From the NCBI GenBank assembly GCA_051251855.1, contig JBPOGI010000004.1, positions 384,001-448,000 on the forward strand: a stretch of DNA of 64,000 nt. The letters run 5' to 3'. This DNA is from Roseibacillus sp. Its GTDB lineage: Bacteria; Verrucomicrobiota; Verrucomicrobiia; Verrucomicrobiales; Akkermansiaceae. Both the position numbers and the translations under genes were made by a program. Positions 29,769 through 40,564 of this stretch are shown here, piece after piece; positions within the stretch are counted from its first letter, which is position 1, and the number at the start of each line of letters is the position of its first letter. The notes beneath the pieces were generated by a model that saw only the letters and a program-made list of their open reading frames with translations, did no database searches and had not been told where the DNA came from.

Positions 29769-29827
29769 TCTTAAAATTGTGTTAATGAAAGGCCTCCCAG
29801 TCGATTTTCTTCACAAATCGATGTCCT

Positions 29828-31186
29828 ATGAACGAGGCCCCACTAGAACCTGGTGACGAAAACTCCCACCGCCGCAACCGCGCTATCACCAGCGCGGTTT
29901 TCACGTCTCTTGCTTCCAAAGTGGGAACCGTGGTCTTGCAGTTCGTGTCCATTCCTATTGCTTATCGCGCCTTAGGCGAAGAAATGTTCGGCCTCTACGC
30001 CACGATCGCCGTTTCTATCGGAACCATTATTCTCTTTCAGATTGGAATTGGACCAGCCCTGACGCATGGCATCTCTCGCGCTCTCACCGCCAAGGACAAA
30101 CTACTAGAGAAACAGTATTTCTCCACCTCTTGGTTTCTTCTGGTGCTCCTCACCCTGATCGGCGGTCTAGTTGCCGCTCTGGTTCTGAGCTTCGTCCCCC
30201 TCACCTTCTTCTTCGGAGACAAATACGCTGGTCTCGAGTCAAAACTTCTTCCCGGCCTATGGCTGGCCCTAGGCATTGTCCTCCTTGAGTTCATTCTCAG
30301 TCACACTGAGCGCGCTCGCGAAGGCTTTCTCCAAGTTCACATCAACAATCTCTTTGGAGCTGCTGGAAACATCCTTGGCGCAATTACGATTGCAATTGGT
30401 ATTCACTTCTTTCAAACCATTGAGTTCCTGATCCTCGCCATCTTCGGAACGCGCGCACTAGTTCGCATCGCCAACACCATCTACCTGTTTATCCAGAGGC
30501 CCGACCTCTTCCCGAAGATCAGCCTATTTGAAAAGCCACTTGCTCGTGAAATGCTCTCCGATGGTTTCGCCTTCACCGTCTCTCAGTCCTTAACAGGAAT
30601 CATTGAAATAAATGGCTGCGGCCTACTTGTAGCTCGTTTCGGAGGCCCTATTGCCGTAGGTCACTTCCAGATCCTCATGCAACTATCTACCTTGATGCTT
30701 GGGATCATCATCATGTTCACCACACCCACTTGGCCTGCGGTCGTCGACGCTTTCACCCGCCGAGATTTCGACTGGGTCAAGCGCGTCACCAAACGCCTCT
30801 GGCTTCTGGTTGGAGGATACTGCGGCGCCGTAGTCATTGGTCTTCCTCTCGTTGGTTCGTTTGTTCTCCCTCTCATTTTTGGCCCAGAATTTCAGGTGAC
30901 ATGGCAAGTGCTCCTCGCCTTCGCTCTCTACTTCTCGATCTCCTCATGGGGACACACCAACAACGCCCTCCTCATCGGTGTAGGCCTCGTCAAGCGAGCC
31001 GCCGTCTTCTCCCTTCTGGAAACCAGCATCCTGCTCATTCCCGCCGCGCTTGGCATCTACTTCTTTGGGCTTCCCGGCTTATTCACTGGCATGGCTATCG
31101 CGATGGTCGCCATCACAGGCTGGCTCTTTCCTCTCATGCTCATGAATCGAATTCGGAGCAAGTCTCTCACCCTCGCGACAATCTAA
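29828..31186 (+). CDS. Oligosaccharide flippase (Wzx/MOP family)
   Basis: About 12 TM; LGEEMFGLYA..IGIG pattern; located in glycosyltransferase cluster. Confidence 0.85.
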   Translation: MNEAPLEPGDENSHRRNRAITSAVFTSLASKVGTVVLQFVSIPIAYRALGEEMFGLYATIAVSIGTIILFQIGIGPALTHGISRALTAKDKLLEKQYFSTSWFLLVLLTLIGGLVAALVLSFVPLTFFFGDKYAGLESKLLPGLWLALGIVLLEFILSHTERAREGFLQVHINNLFGAAGNILGAITIAIGIHFFQTIEFLILAIFGTRALVRIANTIYLFIQRPDLFPKISLFEKPLAREMLSDGFAFTVSQSLTGIIEINGCGLLVARFGGPIAVGHFQILMQLSTLMLGIIIMFTTPTWPAVVDAFTRRDFDWVKRVTKRLWLLVGGYCGAVVIGLPLVGSFVLPLIFGPEFQVTWQVLLAFALYFSISSWGHTNNALLIGVGLVKRAAVFSLLETSILLIPAALGIYFFGLPGLFTGMAIAMVAITGWLFPLMLMNRIRSKSLTLATI

Positions 31187-31198
31187 TTCTACATCCTT

Positions 31199-32038
31199 AT
31201 GTCTAACTCCCCAAAGCTTCACCTTGCCTGTGGACGACGCTTTCACCCCGATTGGCACAATCTCGATTTCAGCCCTATGGTCGAGGGGGTAATTGTTCAC
31301 AACCTCACCGAGCCTCTCCCCTACGAGACCAGTAGCGTTGCCTGCTGCCACTCGGCCCACGTCTTAGGGCACTTTCGCAAGGAGCAAGCCGAAGCCTTCC
31401 TGAGCGAACAACTTCGTGTCCTCGAGCCGGGCGGCATCGCTCGCTTCGCCGTACCTGACCTCCAACAAGTGATCCACGAATATAGAGAACTGATTGGCCC
31501 CCTTTGCGAAGGCGACTACGACCGTGCAGCCGACTATGAATGGAATCAAATCGAACTCTATGATCAGGTTGACCGATCGTTCTATGGCGGAAAGATGGCG
31601 AAATTTCTCGCGCAAGATCCCGTCCCCAACCGTGACTACGTTATCAAACGTATCGGCGAAGAGGGGCGTGAACTCATGGACGCGCCGCATGATGGAAAAA
31701 TCGTTCAAACCAAGCTGAAACTCGAACATCTTGGCTACTACTTTAAAAAAGCTCGCCTCAAACTCACTCGCGGAGTCGTTCAAATCTTAGCAGGTAAAGA
31801 GGCAGCCCTCGCCTTCCACGAAGGCTGCTTCCGACGCTTCTCAGGCGAAGTCCAGTGGAAGGTCTATGACCAATATTCCCTCACACGCGACCTACTCGCA
31901 CTTGGATTCACTGACATCCGTCGCTGCCATCACGACGAAAGCAGAATCCCTGACTTTAAAGATTTCAGCTTCGACAGCGATGAGCAAGGCAACGAACGCA
32001 AACCAGAATCTCTCTATCTGGAAGCAACGAAACCCTAA
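31199..32038 (+). CDS. Class I SAM-dependent methyltransferase-like protein
   Basis: KLHLACG..WHNLD, SAHVLGH, RVLEPGG...AVPDL, SLYLEATKP. Confidence 0.85.
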   Translation: MSNSPKLHLACGRRFHPDWHNLDFSPMVEGVIVHNLTEPLPYETSSVACCHSAHVLGHFRKEQAEAFLSEQLRVLEPGGIARFAVPDLQQVIHEYRELIGPLCEGDYDRAADYEWNQIELYDQVDRSFYGGKMAKFLAQDPVPNRDYVIKRIGEEGRELMDAPHDGKIVQTKLKLEHLGYYFKKARLKLTRGVVQILAGKEAALAFHEGCFRRFSGEVQWKVYDQYSLTRDLLALGFTDIRRCHHDESRIPDFKDFSFDSDEQGNERKPESLYLEATKP

Positions 32039-32796
32039 TGAATACGCAGCGTCTCTACCGTGCCGCCCGCAAGCTAGTGCGCCCTCTCAGAAGACGCCTA
32101 CAGTCAGCACCCCCACCTGCGTCTCTAGATGACTTCCAAGAGTCTTCCCTTGTACTAGTAGCCCATCCCGACGACGAAGTCTTTTGCTCCGGCTTGATTC
32201 GCGAGCTTCTTACAAGGGGAAAGGAAGTCCACCTCGTGTGCTTTACCCGCGGAGAAGGCGGTGAACGTAGCCTCACCACCAGTGACGGTCCATTGGGGAA
32301 AATTCGCGAACAAGAGCTTTCCGAAGCAGCTAAAGTTCTCGACGTCTCCAGTCTCACTTTTCTTGATTTTGTCGATCCCGCGAGCAAAGACGGCCAACTC
32401 TCAGAGCCAGAACACGATAGCTCGGAACTTTTGGCAGAACTTGAAAACCTCATCAAAAAATTCTCAGTTACGAATCTGATTACCCATGGATCAAGCGGAG
32501 AGTATTGGCACCCCGCACACCTTTGTCTTCACCGTCATAGTCGCATCCTCAATCGGCGCCTTTCAGACTTACAACTCTGGACATTCAACGCATGGACCCC
32601 CGAGCACCGGCTCCCCAACGTGCTCAACCAAGATGACCAAGCCAGTTTAACATTTGAAACCTCAGCCCACCATAAAAGTCGGCTTCAAGCTCTTAGCTGC
32701 CATCACTCCCAGAGACAGGTTTTCGAACGCTTTGCCAAGGGAAGTGTCGCTGACTTCATCTCCCTGTCCAACACCGAAAGCTACCGTAAGTGGTAA
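32038..32796 (+). CDS. PIG-L family deacetylase
   Basis: VAHPDDE, TRGEGG, GEYWHPAH, HHSQ. Confidence 0.92.
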   Translation: MNTQRLYRAARKLVRPLRRRLQSAPPPASLDDFQESSLVLVAHPDDEVFCSGLIRELLTRGKEVHLVCFTRGEGGERSLTTSDGPLGKIREQELSEAAKVLDVSSLTFLDFVDPASKDGQLSEPEHDSSELLAELENLIKKFSVTNLITHGSSGEYWHPAHLCLHRHSRILNRRLSDLQLWTFNAWTPEHRLPNVLNQDDQASLTFETSAHHKSRLQALSCHHSQRQVFERFAKGSVADFISLSNTESYRKW

Positions 32797-32808
32797 CGAA
32801 TCTCCCCC

Positions 32809-34053
32809 ATGAAAGTTCTCTCACTCTCTACCTCGGATCTCTCAGGCGGTGCCGCCATCGCCGCCTCGCGCCTTCATCAAGGCCTAAGAGCAGACAACAT
32901 CGACTCCAAGATGATTGTCGGCGAAAAGATGGGCAGCGACCCGCATACCACCGCCCTCAATAATAACCTCACATTCTCCCTTCGACGGAACCTAGACCAA
33001 CTCCCCCTCAAATTTGAGAAATCACCTGAGTCGATCGGTCATCGATCACTCGCTTGGCTCCCCAATAAAAAACTGGCGCAAGCCGTCGCCTCGCAATCCC
33101 CAGACCTCATTCATCTTCACTGGACACAAAATGGCTTTATGCCTTTGAGCCTTCTAGAGAAAATCACAAAACCCATTGTTTGGACTTTTCACGATCTCTG
33201 GCCCGTCTGCGGAAGCCTCCACCACGAGTATACCAACGACCTTCGTTACCCAGAAATCTACAGCTCTCGCAACCGTCCTTCTTCTAGAAAAGGGCCGGAC
33301 CTCGACCGCCGTATCGCCAATAAAAAGGCACGCACCTACGCTCAACATCACATCGAAGCCATCGTTCCGAGTCGATGGATGGCCACTCAAGTCAAGAAAT
33401 CTCACCTCTGGCAGCACCGACCTCTTACCGTGATTCCTATCGGTCTCGACACTCAGATCTTTAAACCCGTGGATAAGGCTGCAGCACGCAACCTCTTAAA
33501 CCTACCACCAGGCAAAACCCTGATTCTTTTTGGTGCCATGTATGCCGGCTCCGACAAGAACAAGGGTTATCCCCAACTACGTGAGGCACTCGAACAACTT
33601 TCATTACCCAAAGACGAAGTTGAACTCGTCATCTTCGGCATGTCGGCGCCCTCTCCCGGAGAGGAACCCTTACCCTACCATGCTCACTGGATGGGTGTTT
33701 TGCGCGACCCCTATACCCTAGCTGCACTTTATTCTGCCGCCGATGTTATGGTCGTTCCTTCATTGCAGGAATCTTTTGGTCAAACCGCCTCCGAATCACT
33801 CTCTTGCGGAACCCCTGTAGTCTCCTTCGATACCTCTGGCCTCAAGGATATCGTCGATCACCAACAGAACGGCTACCTTGCCAAGCCCTTTGAATCTGCT
33901 GATCTGGCGGCAGGAATCCGCTTCGTCCTAGCTGATTCAAATCGCTATCAATCACTCTCCGCTCAAGCGCGAGAAAAAGTAGTCTCCACGTTCAGTCTAC
34001 CCGCAGTGGTGGCCAAGCATCGCGAAGTTTATGCAAAACAACTAGAAGCTTAG
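32809..34053 (+). CDS. Glycosyltransferase family 4
   Basis: GGAAIAASRLH, VWTFHD, PSLQESFGQTASE. Confidence 0.93.
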   Translation: MKVLSLSTSDLSGGAAIAASRLHQGLRADNIDSKMIVGEKMGSDPHTTALNNNLTFSLRRNLDQLPLKFEKSPESIGHRSLAWLPNKKLAQAVASQSPDLIHLHWTQNGFMPLSLLEKITKPIVWTFHDLWPVCGSLHHEYTNDLRYPEIYSSRNRPSSRKGPDLDRRIANKKARTYAQHHIEAIVPSRWMATQVKKSHLWQHRPLTVIPIGLDTQIFKPVDKAAARNLLNLPPGKTLILFGAMYAGSDKNKGYPQLREALEQLSLPKDEVELVIFGMSAPSPGEEPLPYHAHWMGVLRDPYTLAALYSAADVMVVPSLQESFGQTASESLSCGTPVVSFDTSGLKDIVDHQQNGYLAKPFESADLAAGIRFVLADSNRYQSLSAQAREKVVSTFSLPAVVAKHREVYAKQLEA

Positions 34054-35339
34054 GATTTCCCCTTCTGAGCCACATCCACGGTCAGCGCTCCCATTTCTAG
34101 CAGCTCACTGAACACCTCATCAAGGCGCTTCCTATCGTGGAGGGCGTGATACTCGGAGTAGCGCTGAGCGAGAGCTTGGCCATTCCAATCTTCACCCGCC
34201 AGAACCTTCCGAATCGCTTGCTCGCCTTCCGCTGCGTTGCCCTGCTCGATAGTGAGTCCCATCCCAAACTGCTCAACTCTTCCACCGACACACTCCCCGC
34301 GAGTGGCAATGAGAGGACGATGAAAAATCGCCCCTTTGGTGAGAGCATTGCTACTTCCCTCAAAATCTTCGTAGGCAGCATAGATGACGTCGAACACCTT
34401 AATCAGAGAATTAAAATCGGCCCCGTCATTCACTCGGTCACCAGGCAAATCAAGGTAGATATTATTGAGCTCACCTGCGTTGACGCGGGCTTGCACAGAT
34501 GCCACATAGGCCTGCTCTTCCTCGTTGCAAGTATCTTGAGCGTACTTTCCCGCTGCCACAAAAAACCAATCCTCTCGGTCAACTGTAGCCTCTGCGATCT
34601 TAAGCATCGTTATAAAGCCCTTTCTCTTCTCGAGGCTCACCATTCCAATGATTTTTCGGCCAGCAGCCTTCTTGATGATTTCCAGAGCAAAGGGACTGGG
34701 AACCTCAGGTCGTCCTTCATTGGTGATATCAGGAAACTCGACAATCTTCTTTCCACTCTCTTGAGCCATCACTCTCGAGAAACGCTCATCAAGCACTCCA
34801 ACCGCAACGAGATGCTCATTCTTCAAACTACGGTCTCCTTTAGCCGCTTTACGCACTGAGCTAAGAGATTCCCCAAAATGATGATTTCGGAAGTAGAGTC
34901 CCGACCACGGCACCCCAAGTTTAGACGCCAACTTCGTCGAAGGCTGAAAACGCAAATACGAATCAAGCCACGGCAAAAAGACAAAGTCCGCGGCATAGCC
35001 ACACTCTTTAGCGGTTTGGTTAATGGCGCTCTTGAGACATCGCCATCTCACCACAGTGCTTACAGGGTCGTGGTCTTGGCCCGGGCGAAAGTAAGCTTTG
35101 TCAGGATCATCCAATTTCCCAACAAAAACTCGTTCCTCGAAATTGACACCCATCCGTTTGCAGATAAGTCGCGCCTCCGTTTCAAACTGCTCTGGCTCAC
35201 GACAAAGGCCCATCACCCGATGCCCAAGACGCAGCAAGGACGCGGTAAACTCGAAAAAATAGGTCGGGTGATGACCATCCCAGCGGGGGTCTGCCAAGAC
35301 AACGGTCTTTGGGGTAGGATCGTTTAGGTTCATAGTCAT
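34050..35339 (-). CDS. Glycosyltransferase (GT-B fold)
   Basis: GHH..Y N-terminal motif, EKRKG, SSNALTK; locus context. Confidence 0.78.
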   Translation of the reverse strand: MTMNLNDPTPKTVVLADPRWDGHHPTYFFEFTASLLRLGHRVMGLCREPEQFETEARLICKRMGVNFEERVFVGKLDDPDKAYFRPGQDHDPVSTVVRWRCLKSAINQTAKECGYAADFVFLPWLDSYLRFQPSTKLASKLGVPWSGLYFRNHHFGESLSSVRKAAKGDRSLKNEHLVAVGVLDERFSRVMAQESGKKIVEFPDITNEGRPEVPSPFALEIIKKAAGRKIIGMVSLEKRKGFITMLKIAEATVDREDWFFVAAGKYAQDTCNEEEQAYVASVQARVNAGELNNIYLDLPGDRVNDGADFNSLIKVFDVIYAAYEDFEGSSNALTKGAIFHRPLIATRGECVGGRVEQFGMGLTIEQGNAAEGEQAIRKVLAGEDWNGQALAQRYSEYHALHDRKRLDEVFSELLEMGALTVDVAQKGKS

Positions 35340-35350
35340 ATTTTTCCTAT

Positions 35351-36550
35351 TTAGAGTTGCTGCATGAGGCTTTCAAAGCGGTCCCCAATCAATTTCACAT
35401 CAAAAGTTTTTTCGGCATAAGCGCGGGCTCTTTCTGCCATCGCCTCGGCCCGCTCGCGGTCATTATACAACGTCTCCGCGGCTTTCCAGAATCCCTCTTC
35501 ATCTGCGGGACCCACCGTTAAACCCGCATCCTCTTCACGAATGATGCGTGCGGCAAGATTGACCTCAGGAACAGCCAGAAGTATGGGCTTCTTTGCACAC
35601 AGATAAGTGAGAACCTTGCTCGGCACAGAGAATACACCCGCATCTTCCTCTAGAACCCCGGTAAGGACATCTCCACTCGCGAGCACTTGAGGAAGTTTGT
35701 CAAAGGGCTGGTAGCCAAGAAGAATCAAATTGGACAAGCCCTTGGCTTCTTTTTGCTCTTTCAACCAATCGGAGCCCATTCCTTCAGAAACCACGACCAC
35801 ACGAACATCATCGTTGTCCTTGAACTGCTCCGCAACTCCTAGCAACAGATTGGGGTTGTGCTTCATTCCCAAAGTTCCGGTATAAAGCACCACGAACTTT
35901 CCATTGAGACCTTGCTCACGAGCCCAATCATTGTCCTTAGGTTCAACAGGGAGGCTCTCTAAAGGAGCCCAGTTGGGAATGGTCGTCACTTTTTCAGGCT
36001 TCACCCCAAACTCATCAATCATGATAGGCTTAAAATCTTCCGTTATTGCCACGACGTGATCCGATGCTTGGAGATGCTTTCGGTCGATCCCCTTGTAGTA
36101 ATTCCCAATGAAGCCTCCGAAAATTGGGATCTTTTTCCTCACCAGTTTGTCCACTGCAATGCTGTAAAAATCTTGGCACCAGTAAACAAACTTGGCTCCC
36201 ACTTCCCGACTGCCACTGAGGACACCCGTTTGAGATTCGGTGGGGGTGTTTGCTGAAATTACCAACTCAGGTTTCCACTCGCGAATCATCTTGGCCGCAG
36301 ACTGGCCATACTCAATCTCCATCGCACGCCTCTTGATAAAAGAGTATTTGAATTTAGCGTAGTCTTCACTCATCGGAACTTCGAAAGAGTCGAAGCAATC
36401 GGGATCACTTTCGCGCTTTTGAAGCTCACCTCGTGGGGTTTGAAGACCACCCGCGTAAGCATGCCGGACCGTATGACCACGGCTCGCAAGCTCGCGGCTG
36501 AGTTGCACCTGGAATGGGTGACCAGCATAGTCGTGAACAAGAATTTTCAT
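35351..36550 (-). CDS. Glycosyltransferase family 4 (WcaI/WbuB-like)
   Basis: IPNWA, YTGTLGMKH, SVPSKVLTYL. Confidence 0.92.
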   Translation of the reverse strand: MKILVHDYAGHPFQVQLSRELASRGHTVRHAYAGGLQTPRGELQKRESDPDCFDSFEVPMSEDYAKFKYSFIKRRAMEIEYGQSAAKMIREWKPELVISANTPTESQTGVLSGSREVGAKFVYWCQDFYSIAVDKLVRKKIPIFGGFIGNYYKGIDRKHLQASDHVVAITEDFKPIMIDEFGVKPEKVTTIPNWAPLESLPVEPKDNDWAREQGLNGKFVVLYTGTLGMKHNPNLLLGVAEQFKDNDDVRVVVVSEGMGSDWLKEQKEAKGLSNLILLGYQPFDKLPQVLASGDVLTGVLEEDAGVFSVPSKVLTYLCAKKPILLAVPEVNLAARIIREEDAGLTVGPADEEGFWKAAETLYNDRERAEAMAERARAYAEKTFDVKLIGDRFESLMQQL

Positions 36551-36663
36551 GGAGGGGAAGAGCGGTCTTTCATCGACAAAAAGTCTGACGCGCCGCTGCG
36601 ACTTTACCCTATCGACAAGAAAATGAACACTACAAGTTCACAGAAATTGAATATCCACCAAAA

Positions 36664-37353
36664 CTAGGGAGTTCGGTCACGCTTACCAAAGATAGCCGAC
36701 CCAATCCTAACCATGGTAGAGCCTTCAGCGATAGCCGCCTCAAAGTCTCCGCTCATTCCCATACTGAGCTGCGGGAGAACGAGACCACTCTTGGATGAAA
36801 GCTGATCTCGAAGCTCTCTCACCTCTGCGAAATAGGGCCTCGCTTCCTCGGAGTTACGAACCGGCGGAGGAATCGCCATCAATCCTTGCACTTTGAGTGA
36901 CTTTAGATCGGCTAGCTCCTCTGCTTGAGCCAAAAGGTCGGAAGGCTCGAATCCACTCTTCGAATCCTCCCCACCCACCTTCACTTGGAGAAATATCGAC
37001 TGCTCAACGTTCAGTTCCCCAGCCACCCTAGCGACCGCACTCGCCAACTTGAGAGAATCAATACCTTGCAGGCAGGCGAACTGCCCTACCACTTTACGCA
37101 CTTTATTTCGTTGAAGAGGGCCAATGAGATGCCAAGCAATTCCAGAAGGCAGAAGCACTTGTTTCTCAAGCGCTTCCTGAACTCGATTCTCCCCCAACAT
37201 TTTTTGACCGGCTTCCACAACCTCGGCAACTACCTCAGCTGGGTAAGTTTTACTCACTGCCAATAATTCAACGTCACCAACAGAACGCCCAGATCTTTTA
37301 ACTGCTTCGCCGAGGTGCTCTTTGACCTCGGTCAAGCGTTGCGCAATCGACAT
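36664..37353 (-). CDS. yggS: PLP homeostasis protein, YggS family
   Basis: LAVSKT, GENRVQE, WHLIGPLQRNK, LSMGMSGDFE, VRIGSAIFG. Confidence 0.96.
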   Translation of the reverse strand: MSIAQRLTEVKEHLGEAVKRSGRSVGDVELLAVSKTYPAEVVAEVVEAGQKMLGENRVQEALEKQVLLPSGIAWHLIGPLQRNKVRKVVGQFACLQGIDSLKLASAVARVAGELNVEQSIFLQVKVGGEDSKSGFEPSDLLAQAEELADLKSLKVQGLMAIPPPVRNSEEARPYFAEVRELRDQLSSKSGLVLPQLSMGMSGDFEAAIAEGSTMVRIGSAIFGKRDRTP

Positions 37354-37370
37354 CTGCTTGAGACTAGAGA

Positions 37371-39629
37371 CTACTGAGTTTGAGCTTTCTCTTTGTCGTC
37401 CACCTTAGCGAGGTTGCCCTGCTCAGTAAACTGAATGAGATCGGCCAGAATCTGTATGCTCTCGCGCTTAACCGCATCAAGCCCACTTGGCCAATCTGGG
37501 GTATCATCAAGATCCGCAACCTTATCCTTCGCCACTCTCATATTGGCCTCAGCGTCGCGCTGCCTGTCCACTTCTTCGAGCTTCTCGTTGTCAAGATCGT
37601 CTAAAGTTAGTCGGAAAAACGCCATATTCTTGGCATCTTCTAGTTCCGTTTTTGCAAAACGCTCTCGACGCTCCTGATTTCGGGTATCTCGGCGCTGCTC
37701 TGACGCATCAAGCTCCTTTTGACGAGCTGCACGATTCAAGCTGACCATATTTTCCTCAATACGTTTTTTCGTACGGTCAATATCTTCCACGGTGTATGTG
37801 AAATCAATGCAGTCAGCTACACGGCCTTTGCTTTTTGCTGCGACCTTTTCAAGAAACAGGTTCTCACGATTCATGGGATTGAATCCCCGAGCTGGAGCAA
37901 TCATATCGTGCGGAAGGGCATGGTCCTGAAATTCCTCCCCGATCTCCAAAGCGTCAGTTAAAGATGGCAGGATGATGTCAGGAACAACCCCTTCGAGCTG
38001 GGTAGTACTGCCGGTAACCCGATAAAACTTCTGCACAGTCGCCTTCAACGTCCCTGCCCTCGATGAATCCTGAAAGAACTTGAAGTAACGCCCAATATCC
38101 ATCGGCTGCTGCACTGTTCCTTTTCCGTAAGTCGAGCTTTCACCTACAACAATTGCTCGATTGTAGTCCTGAAGCGCGCCCGCAAGAATCTCACTTGCAG
38201 AAGCACTCGTCTTGTCAGTTACGACTACCAAAGGACCATCGTATAGAGGCTTACGCATCGTCGACTCTTTGGAATCAACCGCTCCCCAACCCTGCTTCAC
38301 TTGAACGACTGGGCCACGTCCAATGAAGAGTCCCGTCATGCGGCGAACTTCCTCCAACGCACCTCCCCCATTACCACGTAGATCGAGAGAAATTCCATCG
38401 ACGCCCTCTTTCTTGAGCCGACTCACGAGTCGCTGAACATCCTTGTAGACGCTTGGATCTCCATCGTTGAAATCAAGATAGAAACTCGGAAGAGTAATCC
38501 AACCGATCAATTTCTTACTCCCATCGGGTTGACTCATCCTGATGATTTCAGCAGAAGCGGCTTCATCCTTGAGCTCTACTTTGTCACGTACGATTACAAT
38601 CTCGCGGACTTCACCTGGTGCACCGTCGGCTGGCTCAACCTTTAGGCGGACTTCTGTGTTCTGTTGCCCACGAATGAGTTCCACCACATGGTCAATCTTC
38701 ATATAGAGCGTATCGGTAAGGTCTCCATTATTGAGAGAATCAACACCGACAATGCGGTCATTGAGCTGAAGCTCGCCTTGTTTGTCTGCGGGTCCATTCA
38801 CCACAAGACCGATGATCTTAGTGGCTCCATCGTCTTCCCGCTGCAACAGTGCTCCAATTCCGATCAACTGGTTTTGAAGACTCGCTTCGAAGCGCTCCAT
38901 CTGACGAACGCTCATGTAGTCCGTATGGGGGTCGTGAGCTCTTGCTACAGCACTGAAAAAATAAGAGGCAACATCCTCTTCGTCTGCACCTTCGATATCC
39001 TTGAGAAAACGCTCATAACGCTGTTTGACTGCTTCTCGAGGGCTTTTCTCATCCTTCAGTGGATCCTCTTTGCCTTGCTCTTCCGCAATACGTTGAATGG
39101 CTTCCCTCCTCATTTCCTCGCTCAACACTTCTTCAGCGATTTGTAAGCGCCACAATTCTTGCGCCGCAAAGTCATCTTCAGCCCAATCAGCTTTGCGCCG
39201 AGAACGCATCACCTTCTTGTCTTCATCAAAATTGAATTTGGCGTTATCAGAAAGCTGCTGAGCAAATTGAACACGCTCGCGCACCCGCTCCACGAAACGA
39301 GAATAAATTTCCCCTGCAGGCTCCATGGCCCGTTCTTGGACCAAGAGTTGGTCGATTCGCGTCTCCGCCTTGGAACCGAAACGTTGCTCGAAACCAACAA
39401 CGTCCTCTTTTGTGAAATAGAGTTTAGATGGGTCCAAATCTTGAAGAAAATCCTCAAGAATCCGGTCAGTCATATCAGCATCAAACTCAAGACCAGCAAA
39501 GTGCTTGTTCTCAAGCATGCCGACCATCACTTTGCCAACATCATTAAAATCTGTTTTGCCGCTTAACACTCCAGGAGAGCAACTGGTAAACATCGCTATC
39601 GCCATGAGCGGGCTGGAAATCTTCATCAT
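37371..39629 (-). CDS. prc: Tail-specific (C-terminal processing) protease, S41 family
   Basis: DPHTDY, PDZ GIGALL, DLRGNGGG, SASASEI, TYGKGTVQ, KFYRVTG. Confidence 0.93.
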   Translation of the reverse strand: MMKISSPLMAIAMFTSCSPGVLSGKTDFNDVGKVMVGMLENKHFAGLEFDADMTDRILEDFLQDLDPSKLYFTKEDVVGFEQRFGSKAETRIDQLLVQERAMEPAGEIYSRFVERVRERVQFAQQLSDNAKFNFDEDKKVMRSRRKADWAEDDFAAQELWRLQIAEEVLSEEMRREAIQRIAEEQGKEDPLKDEKSPREAVKQRYERFLKDIEGADEEDVASYFFSAVARAHDPHTDYMSVRQMERFEASLQNQLIGIGALLQREDDGATKIIGLVVNGPADKQGELQLNDRIVGVDSLNNGDLTDTLYMKIDHVVELIRGQQNTEVRLKVEPADGAPGEVREIVIVRDKVELKDEAASAEIIRMSQPDGSKKLIGWITLPSFYLDFNDGDPSVYKDVQRLVSRLKKEGVDGISLDLRGNGGGALEEVRRMTGLFIGRGPVVQVKQGWGAVDSKESTMRKPLYDGPLVVVTDKTSASASEILAGALQDYNRAIVVGESSTYGKGTVQQPMDIGRYFKFFQDSSRAGTLKATVQKFYRVTGSTTQLEGVVPDIILPSLTDALEIGEEFQDHALPHDMIAPARGFNPMNRENLFLEKVAAKSKGRVADCIDFTYTVEDIDRTKKRIEENMVSLNRAARQKELDASEQRRDTRNQERRERFAKTELEDAKNMAFFRLTLDDLDNEKLEEVDRQRDAEANMRVAKDKVADLDDTPDWPSGLDAVKRESIQILADLIQFTEQGNLAKVDDKEKAQTQ

Positions 39630-39736
39630 TCGTAAAATTAACGATTCCAAGGACTATCTTGGTTCGGAATACTTTCCGTCAGTTCTCCATTATTGTCGAA
39701 TCAATTTAGAGAATACTGCCCAGCCAGAATGCTTTC

Positions 39737-40459
39737 CTATGGTTTGAGTGCCCTCGCCGCCTTTCTTTGGTCCACAATCCATCGCAAGTAGTCCTCCCTA
39801 AGAAGTTGTTCCGCCTTTTCAAAATCGATTCGCGCTTCCTCTTGGATAAAGCGTGGTGGTGGCACGGCCTTGCCGTTCATAAGGGTTACCTTAATTTGCA
39901 ACTTCTCTTCCCCGCGCATGACCGTCAGAGCGATAGCCTTCCCTGGAGCCGTTCCTCCAACGATCTCTTTTAACTTTAGACTTGGTGTTTCACCCGCAAT
40001 GCTCTGACCCTCAATTTCGGTGACGAGATCCCCAGCCTTCAATCCGGCTTTTTCTGCTGGAGTACCTTCAATAACCGCTTCGATGAGCACACCATCCTGA
40101 GGCTCTCTAAGATCTTCTAAGCGACCCTCTCCAAGAAGACGCCTCTCACCTGTTGACATCCGAATTCCTATAAAGCCAGGCCCCTGCTGAGGAATACTTG
40201 ATTTCTTAAGAGCAAAATGAACTTCCAAAAGAACTTTGGTCAGACGATGGTATTCCTCAGGATCTTCGCTCACAAGATAGCGCTGGAAAAGAGCCTCTGC
40301 CCTCTCTCCTTTCTCTGCTTCGTGAGCCCATTTTGCTAAATCCTTTTCCGCTTCTTGACGGAGACTGAAATCCTCCGACATCAGTTGCCTGCAAAGCTCA
40401 TCGAGATCGGCCATCAGCGGACTCGCAAGCAGGATGGAAAGAAGGATTAACGCTCTCAT
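39737..40459 (-). CDS. Secreted PDZ-domain protein
   Basis: GFIGIRM, GTPAEKAGLKAGD. Confidence 0.85.
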   Translation of the reverse strand: MRALILLSILLASPLMADLDELCRQLMSEDFSLRQEAEKDLAKWAHEAEKGERAEALFQRYLVSEDPEEYHRLTKVLLEVHFALKKSSIPQQGPGFIGIRMSTGERRLLGEGRLEDLREPQDGVLIEAVIEGTPAEKAGLKAGDLVTEIEGQSIAGETPSLKLKEIVGGTAPGKAIALTVMRGEEKLQIKVTLMNGKAVPPPRFIQEEARIDFEKAEQLLREDYLRWIVDQRKAARALKP

Positions 40460-40564
40460 GGGAACCTCCTAGTCTAGATCGGGAGCAGAACGATAGCAAC
40501 GAGAACACGAAAAAGGCAGGGAATGCCTTCCCTACCTTGCGAAATTCTAGAGTGAACTTAGGTA